Origin: a virus
Taxonomy: Duplodnaviria; Caudoviricetes
Length of the DNA stretch: 36,717 nt
Strand: one strand, 5' to 3'
Virus record (IMG/VR): IMGVR_UViG_3300037264_000725
Location: 1-36,717 of that record
The notes under the pieces are model-generated. The model was not told where the DNA came from, did not search any database, and was given only the letters and a program-made list of their open reading frames with translations. Made by a program: the position numbers and the translations under genes. Below, piece by piece: positions 27,201-34,929 of the stretch (the first letter of the stretch is position 1; each line of letters opens with the position of its first letter).

Positions 27201-28693
27201 TCGGCTTCGGCCTCGGGCTTGCCGAACACCTGCAGTCCCCCGGTCACGATGTCGTCCGGCAGGCCGTCCAGATACGCCTTGGTCTCCTCGACGTACTCCG
27301 GGTCGACCTGGACAATCCCGCCGCGCCCATCGAAATCAGGGATGGGCTTCTCCGGGTCCGTGGCCGTACCCTGCGTGACCCGCTCGTTCAGCTGGGCCAC
27401 CGACAGGCCCGGCTTCACTTCGGGAGTCAGGCGAGGCGGCTCCGGGGTAAGGCCCACCGGCCCACCCAGCGCATGCACCCGCTGATTGAACGCCGCCACC
27501 AGCTTGCGGGCCGCAGGGTTGATCGTCGGGGGTGGCCCGCTCTGCATGACAATCGGGGCGCTGTGAACCGCCCGCAGGGGCCAGACATGCCCTTCGGGGG
27601 GCACGAACTCGGGCGTCCCCTTGGACGGCAGTTCAGCGGAGTAATACTGGACGTGGGAGTCGGCCAGCGACTTCAGGTACTCCCAGTTGCGGGGAATCTT
27701 GTTGTGGGCGTCGTGGAGAATGTGGACCGGGACGTACCGGCCATTTTCCTGCGCACGCAGCTTGGCCCGCTTGATCGCGATGCTCTTTTCGACGTGGGCA
27801 TACACGATCTTCACCGTGTACCCCATCTCCTTCAGTGCCTTGATTTTCGTCGCGTAGCGCCCGGGCTGGGCTCCAGTTCCGTCGACAATGACGTTCTTGT
27901 CCGCCTTCATGGCTGCCGTCAGCATCTCGTCCACAACGTGGCTAGACTCCGCATGCCCCATCCAGGCGGCGTTCTTGGCGGTCACCTTCTTACCGTCGAT
28001 GGTGGCGAGGTGCATCGCGGTCAGGTACTCGGGAATCATCTCCTTGATGTCGTCGGCGTCCAGGTTGACGAAATCCTTCTTGGCGTTGTGGCCCAGCGCC
28101 GCGATGGCCCGCGCCTTGATCGATCCCTTGCCCGAACCACCACCGCCCATCATCACAATCGCCAGCGGGGCCCCCGCCTCGCCCAGCGGCGGGGTATCGG
28201 TGCTGGCCAGCGCCTCACGTACCCAGCGGTCGTGCAGCAGCTTGCGGTCGTGCGTGAACTCGTACTTGGTCTCCCCAAACCGGCTTTTCTCGCCCGGGAT
28301 CTTGCGGGCATGCCGATTCACTGTCATGGCGGGCAAGCCGAAGTGCGTACCCCTGACCCACAGGCGCTGCAGGCCCTTACGGGTTTCCGCAGGTAGCGCG
28401 TTGTACTCCGCAGTGATGCGCGCGATGGATCTTCGCGTGATCGCCCGGCGAATCTCGTCTTCGGTCGCACCTTCCTGAATAGGGCCCTGCGTTCCCGGCC
28501 GGGCCTTTCCCCTGACCCGCACCCAGATACCGGGCCCCTGCTTCATGTACTGATTGCGGTCCTGCCAGGTCCGCACCGTCCCCACCGGGAACGCCTTCTC
28601 CAGGTCGCCCAGCCATTCGTTCCACACTGCCTCGTCGAGGTACAGCGGGGGATCTGGCCTACGCTCCGGCGCCTGCTTGATGAACAGCTTCAC
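27197..28693 (-). CDS. Zeta-toxin-like P-loop kinase with N-terminal extension, 498 aa
   Basis: IVMMGGGGSGKG (Walker A), VNLDADDIKE, NVIVDGT, GYTVKIVY, R...GRYVP are zeta toxin family motifs. Confidence 0.8.
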   Translation of the reverse strand: MKLFIKQAPERRPDPPLYLDEAVWNEWLGDLEKAFPVGTVRTWQDRNQYMKQGPGIWVRVRGKARPGTQGPIQEGATEDEIRRAITRRSIARITAEYNALPAETRKGLQRLWVRGTHFGLPAMTVNRHARKIPGEKSRFGETKYEFTHDRKLLHDRWVREALASTDTPPLGEAGAPLAIVMMGGGGSGKGSIKARAIAALGHNAKKDFVNLDADDIKEMIPEYLTAMHLATIDGKKVTAKNAAWMGHAESSHVVDEMLTAAMKADKNVIVDGTGAQPGRYATKIKALKEMGYTVKIVYAHVEKSIAIKRAKLRAQENGRYVPVHILHDAHNKIPRNWEYLKSLADSHVQYYSAELPSKGTPEFVPPEGHVWPLRAVHSAPIVMQSGPPPTINPAARKLVAAFNQRVHALGGPVGLTPEPPRLTPEVKPGLSVAQLNERVTQGTATDPEKPIPDFDGRGGIVQVDPEYVEETKAYLDGLPDDIVTGGLQVFGKPEAEAE

Positions 28694-31600
28694 GACACGT
28701 TCTCTTTCCCAGGCGGATACTGGACGGCCGAACCAGCCAGCTTGGCCGCTTCACGTAATTGTCGGCTTCCTACCGCAGTCCGCAACAAATTGGCTTTGTT
28801 TTTGGGGTCGCTGTCGAGCTTGCGCGCGGTCGTGTTGCTCACCAGCGCGAACTCATGAACGTGGTGCGCGCCGGGGGGGCGCAGCCCCTCGACGCTCGCC
28901 ACCTTGACGATCCTGCCGGGCAGCTTGTCCGGGTCGTGCTTCGGCCGCTTGCGCTTCATGTCCGGCCTGCCCAGGGGCCAGTCTTGCCGGGGCTCGGCCT
29001 GGCGGCTGTGCCGGGCCGTCTCGCCCGCGGTGCGCGCGGGGTTGCCCCACCATCCCATCGTGCCGGTCGTGGACAGGTCGCGACCACCACCGTACCCCTC
29101 GTAGCCCGCAGCCTTCTCCAGCGCCGCGTACACGGCGTCCAGCGCATCCCGTGACTCCGGGTGGCCCTGGCGCGCGTACTTGACCACCATGTGGAAGCGG
29201 TCGGCCGGGATCCCAACGGCCGCCACCGCCGCCTCCCACGCCTTCACCATCGCGCCGTCGGCCGCGTAGACCTTGGTGCGGAACTCCTCCAGCGGCAGGG
29301 TTGTCATGCTGCCGAAGAACTCGGGCCGGTTGTAGTGCTCCAGGAACGCCGCCTTGGCCGCCTTGGCCGATGCCAGGCCAAGGAAGACCTTGTCCTCGTC
29401 GTACTGCTTGAAGTCAGGCGCCGTGCGCGTGTGGACCACATAGGCGTTCTTGGCGCCCTCGTCATGCCCCACGAACACGTCAACGTGTTCGCCGTCCGCG
29501 CCGCGCGTGCCGCGGATGTAGCCGTAGGGCAGCTTCATGACCGTCTCGCCGCTCGTACCGTTGTCGCGGTTGTGCCACTTCCGTACTGACCCGACCGCGT
29601 TCTCCACGCTCACCTTGAAGCCCTGGAACACCAACCGGTCGTCCAGCTTGTGGGCCTTGGTGATGTCGTCAGTGGCTGGGTTGAAGCCGGTCGAAGTGGT
29701 GTCCTTGATCTGGTTCGGCTCCCAGGCAATCCAGACCTTGTGCGCCTTCTTGCCGATGTTCCAGCCACCCGTATGGCCGATGCCGTCGTATCCACGCTTC
29801 TCGGCCCATTGCCGGAATTGCTTCTTGCCGGTTTCGTAATGGTGGGCGTTGGTCATGATGTAGTGAACATCGCCCCAAGTCAGGACATTGGGTGGCGTGA
29901 GGTGTAGTAGGCCCAGCACCTGCTTGCCCTGGTAAGTCTCCCCGGCGGTCTTTTTCACCAGGTACTGCTTCAGCGCCAGGAATGCTTCATGCGTAATCGG
30001 GACGGTGTATTCCTTGATTCCGGCCTTGCCGTCCAGCGCGGAAAAATCCGAATGAGCAATCAAGTCGTCGACATAGACGGAGCCGACATCCGTGGCTTCC
30101 GCTAGACGCCTCTCGATAGAGGTGATGTCCGCTTGCACGGTCGCCCTGGCTGCCATCCCGCCCAACCCGGGGGGGATCGCTTTCAGGCGCACGTTCACGA
30201 CATCCAACGATTCCTGAAGGCGCTTCCTATCATCGTCGGCGTCCAACTTGGACAGGCTTTTCAGTTCCCGTTTCGGGACAGGCTGCTCCATCTCGATTGG
30301 CTTCCTGATGTTCAGGTAGACCTCGAACACTTCCTCTTTCGGGTAAACCCGCTTGGCGTTCTTGATTTCCTTCCCGAGGAGTAGATGCAGCCGCTTGGCC
30401 CCCTGGACCTGCGCGCTCATGCTCACCTGCCGTTTCGACTTCCAGTAGTTCTGCAGAAACATGCCGCCCCAGTTGACGGTCGCCAGCATCGCAGGTTGAA
30501 GTTTCTCGACGCGGTCCATGACCTGCTGCACGATCTTGGGGTCGTCCTGCCCGGTCGGCTCCCAGTATTCCTGGATCAACTTGCGGACATTGACCGGCCG
30601 CCCCGCCCCCCATTTATGCCCGGGCTTCTGCCATTCCGGAGAATGATCTTCAGCCCGCACAATCGCCCACACGATGGCGGGATCCCAGTTGGGATTCTTT
30701 TGCTCACCTACCTTGCGCAGCAACGCCGCTTCCGCTGATGGCCACAAGTCGGGGATCTCCTCGCCGGTCTGGCTATCGACGTAGTGGGTGGTGAACGCCA
30801 CCTTGTCGTCGGCGTCCTTCTTGGTGTACTCGGTGGCGATCTCCTCGTCCTCAGTGAAGTAGAAGCCCTTGCCGAAAATGTTGTAGCCCTTGTCCTTCTC
30901 CTTGGAGAAGAACTTGAATCCGCCAGCTGGCGTGCCGTGAAACACCTTGGTAGGTGGCTGCCCATACTGCTCGGCCGGGCTGCCATCAGGCTTGGTGACC
31001 TTGCTGCCCTCTCCAGCTTCCCAGTCTCCGAACCACGCCTTGAAGTCAGCATCCAGCACGCGCGCGTTGTCGAATCCCTTGTACTTGGACAGGGCCGCGA
31101 TTTCCTTTTGCAGCCGTTCCTGCGTTGCAGGCGACGCCAGCTTGGTCAGGGTCGTGCCGTATTCCTTGGCTGCCCCATCGTCGATGCCGTCGGCCGCGCG
31201 CCAGGAATCATCCAGCATGGAGCGCAAGGCCAGCCGTTGCCGGATCGGATTGTCATGCGAGGGAAACTTGGGCTCGGGCTCTGCGGGCGGGGCGGGCGCG
31301 GCTTCAGGCTTGGCCGCCCGCGGGGCCTGCATGATGTCCGCGTGCCAGGACACCGTGTGCTGGGGGTCAGCCCACTTCCCACCCCGTGGTCCCAGGAACA
31401 GCTGCTGGGCCTTGGCCATCTCGTCGCCGTCCTGCCCCTCCAGCGGCCCCGGCGGGTTGTGCTCCTCGAACAGCAGGCCGTGCTTCTGGGCAATCGCCTC
31501 CACGACCAGGCTCGCGTTGTAGGCGACCGGGTAGGGCAGGTAGAGCACATGGTGGCTCGCGGTATCGGTGTCCAGGTGGACGCACGCCCCCCTGGCCTTC

Positions 31601-34287
31601 CACTCCATCGTCATGGTGGTCGGCTTCACGCCGTGCTTGCCCAGGCGGGCCATGGCTGCTTCCAGCACCGCCACCGCCAGGGTCGGCTGGGGAGACACCA
31701 GTGCCTTGGCCAGGTCGAAGTCGAACCCGTAGGCTTTCCTCACCCACTCGGCCAGTTCGTTCAGGCTGTACCCCGCGTCCTGCTTGGCCTGAATCTCGGC
31801 TCGGATTTCCGCCAGCGAGTGCTGTGGCTTGAAGGACGACCCGACCTTCTGCTCCAGGTCCAGGTAGGTCTGGAACAGGTTGGGGTTGTGGATGGCCGAA
31901 ATCATCAGGTCTTCCTTGCTGGCGAAGACGCAGAACGCGCACGACAGGCGCCGCATGCCCAGGTTGTACGCCTTGTGGGTCGGCACCCCACTGCCCTTGA
32001 TTTCGTTCCACACCCGCTCCTCGGGCCACAGGTGGATGGGGTACCAGCGGTCGACAGTCCGTTTGCCGGTGGTCTCCTCGCGCGAGAAGTTGGGCATGGC
32101 CGCCCGTGACGCCGATTCCTGCGCGCGGATACCCAGGGCGTTCAGGATGCGCACCGGCTTGCCCGCCTCGGCCGACAGCTTGGTCATCAGCTTCTTGACC
32201 TCGGCGCGCTTGTGGTCGGACGTGCAGTAGCGGGCGTCCGCGCTCGGCCAGGCGATGGTCTTGCCGAAATCGACGGTACCCTCCGGCTTGCGCTTCCCGG
32301 GCTTCGCCACGACCTCCTGGGCCTTGCGCTGCAGTTCGGTGGCCCGATGGGTGCCGGGCCACTTGCTGCTCCCCTGGGCCGCGCCAATGACGGCCAGGAT
32401 GCGGTCAGGCGCCGTGTCGGCCAGCATCTGCCAGGTACCCACCCCGGCCTCGCGCAGTTTCGCCACGTCCGTCTCCCGCTGAATCAGGTCGCCGTGGCGC
32501 TCCTCGATCTGCTCCAGCAGGTCGTTCTGGCGCCGCTGCACCACCTCGAACCGCAGCCCGTAATGCTCGGCCTGCTGCTTGGCCAGGTCGCGCGTACCTT
32601 CCCACTCGACCCGCCCCAGGTCGGCATGCACAACCACCAGCTTGGACAGCGGGAAACCAGCCGCCTTGGCCTGGGCAACGACGTGCGCCAGCATGGCCTG
32701 GCTGTCCTTGCCGCCGCTGCTGTTGACCAGCATGTAGTCGTACTTGTGGAAATCGGGGTGCCAGTCAGTACCCTGCTGCCAGGGGGCGGCGCCCTTACCC
32801 TCCCCGTAGTCGGGGTGGGACCAGGCCGTGTTCGGGTCGACCGGCTTGGGCTTCCAGGGGTCGGACACGCGCGCACCAGCCGGTAGGTTCCACTCGACCG
32901 GGTTCTTGGCCCGTTCCTGCAGCACGGTCAGGTGGCGCACGGGCTTTTCCCACGGGCCGTGCTTGCCTGTCCGCGCCGCCATGACCAGCGCCTGCTCGGG
33001 CGTGTACCGCTGGATGTTTTCCGGCTTGACCGCCGCGTAGAACTGCTTGACCGGGATGCTCACATTGCGCAGTTCGGCGTTCTGGTAGTCGTACACGCGC
33101 CCGTTGTGTTCGATCCAGGCATGGTCGATCCGCCGCCCCTCATGCAACACGCGCGCATGCACGACCGTGGCTGCATCACCGAACCGCCGCAGCGCCAACT
33201 GGGCGTAGGGGAAACAGAGTCCAGTCGGCCCGCCGCAGTCAGCCGGGTAGCGTTCCTGCCATGTAGCCAGATCCTCTTTCGAGAAAAAGCGTGCCGCCGG
33301 GCCCGCCAATTCCTCCGGCCGCCACGACTGGGTATGCCGGGCATCGGCCCACTTTCCCCCGCGCGGACCAAGGAACATTTGCTGGGACTTCTCCACGTCC
33401 TTGAGCTTCGCGTAGTAGTCCACGTCCAGGTCGGCCGCGGGCATGGCCTTGGTGAGAGGCATCAGATCCCAGGCTTCGTTGAACCCCCAGCCCTTGGGTA
33501 CTCGCACCAGTTGGCAGCGACAATGTGGGTGCATCGCCCCCAGCACCGGCTTCCAGTCCCGCTGCTTCCGTCCCGCATTGTTGGGCCCCTGCGCGTGCCA
33601 CCAACTTGCTGGCCGCACGATTGGCCGCCCGTCCTCCAGGTAGTGCTTCAGGCACTGGTCGCACGCTCCGGGCTCGGGCAGCTTCGCCAGCATCTCCTCG
33701 TCCCCGTACTGCTCCGTCACGCTGTGCAGGTAGCCTTCCTGATGGGCCTGGTGCGACTCGGTCACCGCGATCCTGTCCCAGTCCCGCTTCCAGTCGCCGG
33801 TCATGTTCCCCAGGGCCGATTTCAACTGCTTGACCGTCTGGCGCTCCGCCAGCTTGGTCGCCACCGCGTTCTGGATCTGGCCCCGGGTCCGGGCTGCCAG
33901 TTCCTGGTCGGCGTCAATCAAGATCCTGCCCAGTTCCTCGCTGTACCTGTTCCCCAGCCCCACGCAGTACGTGCCCGCCCGGTTCTGGGCGACCTCCACC
34001 GCGTACTGCTCCTGCCGCGATAGCGCCACCGGGTGCTTCTTCAGCCAGTTCTGAAACTCGGCGTAGGACAGCCCTTGCGCGGTCGCGTGCTGCTGCATGA
34101 CCTGCCCGAACGCGAAGCTGTCGAAGATCAAGTCGCCCGCGATAGGCAGCTTGATGTAGCCCTCGCGCACCAGGCGCTCGCGCTCGGCCGCGGGAACCTT
34201 GGCCCCCATGGTCGTGATCGCCAGGGCGGTCGAGGCGTCCCGTACTATCTGGGTCAGGCGGGCGATCTGTTCGGGCTTGAGCGCCAA
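28690..34287 (-). CDS. MuF/SPP1 gp7-like minor head protein fused to transglutaminase-like, PAPS-reductase-like, ADP-ribosyltransferase-like and inorganic-pyrophosphatase-like domains (1865 aa)
   Basis: MuF: RIAVTE, ACDQC, HPHCRC. C...HAWIE...VYD triad. SSGGKDS, YCT, GIRAQES, RLSCAFC. FHGT, GFYFT, VYLNIRKP, GYDGI, EPNQIK. YGYIRGTRGADGEHVDVFV...DEDK. TTG start with GGAG RBS. Confidence 0.85.
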   Translation of the reverse strand: MALKPEQIARLTQIVRDASTALAITTMGAKVPAAERERLVREGYIKLPIAGDLIFDSFAFGQVMQQHATAQGLSYAEFQNWLKKHPVALSRQEQYAVEVAQNRAGTYCVGLGNRYSEELGRILIDADQELAARTRGQIQNAVATKLAERQTVKQLKSALGNMTGDWKRDWDRIAVTESHQAHQEGYLHSVTEQYGDEEMLAKLPEPGACDQCLKHYLEDGRPIVRPASWWHAQGPNNAGRKQRDWKPVLGAMHPHCRCQLVRVPKGWGFNEAWDLMPLTKAMPAADLDVDYYAKLKDVEKSQQMFLGPRGGKWADARHTQSWRPEELAGPAARFFSKEDLATWQERYPADCGGPTGLCFPYAQLALRRFGDAATVVHARVLHEGRRIDHAWIEHNGRVYDYQNAELRNVSIPVKQFYAAVKPENIQRYTPEQALVMAARTGKHGPWEKPVRHLTVLQERAKNPVEWNLPAGARVSDPWKPKPVDPNTAWSHPDYGEGKGAAPWQQGTDWHPDFHKYDYMLVNSSGGKDSQAMLAHVVAQAKAAGFPLSKLVVVHADLGRVEWEGTRDLAKQQAEHYGLRFEVVQRRQNDLLEQIEERHGDLIQRETDVAKLREAGVGTWQMLADTAPDRILAVIGAAQGSSKWPGTHRATELQRKAQEVVAKPGKRKPEGTVDFGKTIAWPSADARYCTSDHKRAEVKKLMTKLSAEAGKPVRILNALGIRAQESASRAAMPNFSREETTGKRTVDRWYPIHLWPEERVWNEIKGSGVPTHKAYNLGMRRLSCAFCVFASKEDLMISAIHNPNLFQTYLDLEQKVGSSFKPQHSLAEIRAEIQAKQDAGYSLNELAEWVRKAYGFDFDLAKALVSPQPTLAVAVLEAAMARLGKHGVKPTTMTMEWKARGACVHLDTDTASHHVLYLPYPVAYNASLVVEAIAQKHGLLFEEHNPPGPLEGQDGDEMAKAQQLFLGPRGGKWADPQHTVSWHADIMQAPRAAKPEAAPAPPAEPEPKFPSHDNPIRQRLALRSMLDDSWRAADGIDDGAAKEYGTTLTKLASPATQERLQKEIAALSKYKGFDNARVLDADFKAWFGDWEAGEGSKVTKPDGSPAEQYGQPPTKVFHGTPAGGFKFFSKEKDKGYNIFGKGFYFTEDEEIATEYTKKDADDKVAFTTHYVDSQTGEEIPDLWPSAEAALLRKVGEQKNPNWDPAIVWAIVRAEDHSPEWQKPGHKWGAGRPVNVRKLIQEYWEPTGQDDPKIVQQVMDRVEKLQPAMLATVNWGGMFLQNYWKSKRQVSMSAQVQGAKRLHLLLGKEIKNAKRVYPKEEVFEVYLNIRKPIEMEQPVPKRELKSLSKLDADDDRKRLQESLDVVNVRLKAIPPGLGGMAARATVQADITSIERRLAEATDVGSVYVDDLIAHSDFSALDGKAGIKEYTVPITHEAFLALKQYLVKKTAGETYQGKQVLGLLHLTPPNVLTWGDVHYIMTNAHHYETGKKQFRQWAEKRGYDGIGHTGGWNIGKKAHKVWIAWEPNQIKDTTSTGFNPATDDITKAHKLDDRLVFQGFKVSVENAVGSVRKWHNRDNGTSGETVMKLPYGYIRGTRGADGEHVDVFVGHDEGAKNAYVVHTRTAPDFKQYDEDKVFLGLASAKAAKAAFLEHYNRPEFFGSMTTLPLEEFRTKVYAADGAMVKAWEAAVAAVGIPADRFHMVVKYARQGHPESRDALDAVYAALEKAAGYEGYGGGRDLSTTGTMGWWGNPARTAGETARHSRQAEPRQDWPLGRPDMKRKRPKHDPDKLPGRIVKVASVEGLRPPGAHHVHEFALVSNTTARKLDSDPKNKANLLRTAVGSRQLREAAKLAGSAVQYPPGKENVS

Positions 34288-34291
34288 GGCG

Positions 34292-34534
34292 TCACTCCAG
34301 CACCGATAGTAGCCGTTCCTGCATCAACCGGGCGATTCGGTCGGCCTCTTTCGAGCGCCGGTCGTAGGAGCCCTTGATGGCCGGGTACTCCCACTGGGCC
34401 TTGGTCTGGTGAGGCAGGGTCTCGTCGGCGGCTTTGGCCAGCGACCGGCCAGCCAGGCTCTCCAGCACCTTGACCGCATCCTCGGCGCGCTCCTCGAACT
34501 CGCCGGGCCGCTGCTCCTCGATGCGGATCTTCAC
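34292..34534 (-). CDS. Hypothetical protein, 80 aa
   Basis: GTG start overlaps the upstream stop. Contains LAKA. Confidence 0.65.
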   Translation of the reverse strand: MKIRIEEQRPGEFEERAEDAVKVLESLAGRSLAKAADETLPHQTKAQWEYPAIKGSYDRRSKEADRIARLMQERLLSVLE

Positions 34535-34920
34535 GCCTTCAGGCCCGCAATCGAATACGCGACATTCGCCACCGAAGTCGTGTTGTTCGTGATCTTGGGC
34601 GCTGTCGTGAAGTCACCACGCAGGAACAGCTTGGCCTTGGTGCCGTTGGACGGCGGCCCGATCTTGTGGCCCGTCACCTCGCCGTCCAGGAACACGGTCA
34701 GTTCCTTGTCGGTCTCGATGTAGAACACCTTGCCCGCCACCACCTTGCCCATCGCCAGCGTGTAGTTGGCCTCCGACGCTGCCAGTTGCAGGTTCTGAGA
34801 CGACTCGCAGTCCAGCGCCTCGATGACGGTGGTAAGTGCCTCGTCCTCACGGCGGAAGTCCACCTGCTTCTCGTCGTCGTCCGCCGCCGCTACCAGCACG
34901 ATTTGGGAACGTAGCCGCAT
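34531..34920 (-). CDS. Hypothetical beta-rich protein, 129 aa
   Basis: GGAGG RBS, directly after the portal gene. Confidence 0.7.
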   Translation of the reverse strand: MRLRSQIVLVAAADDDEKQVDFRREDEALTTVIEALDCESSQNLQLAASEANYTLAMGKVVAGKVFYIETDKELTVFLDGEVTGHKIGPPSNGTKAKLFLRGDFTTAPKITNNTTSVANVAYSIAGLKA

Positions 34921-34929
34921 CGCTGCCTC

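Noticed and set aside
29800-30790. Inteins as the explanation for the ART insertions
   Set aside because: No C/S-start with HN/HQ-C/S/T end and no LAGLIDADG motifs were seen.
31740-32750. Auxiliary metabolic gene cysH for sulfate assimilation
   Set aside because: It lacks the C-terminal ECGLH motif and is embedded in a head protein, so no gene symbol was given.
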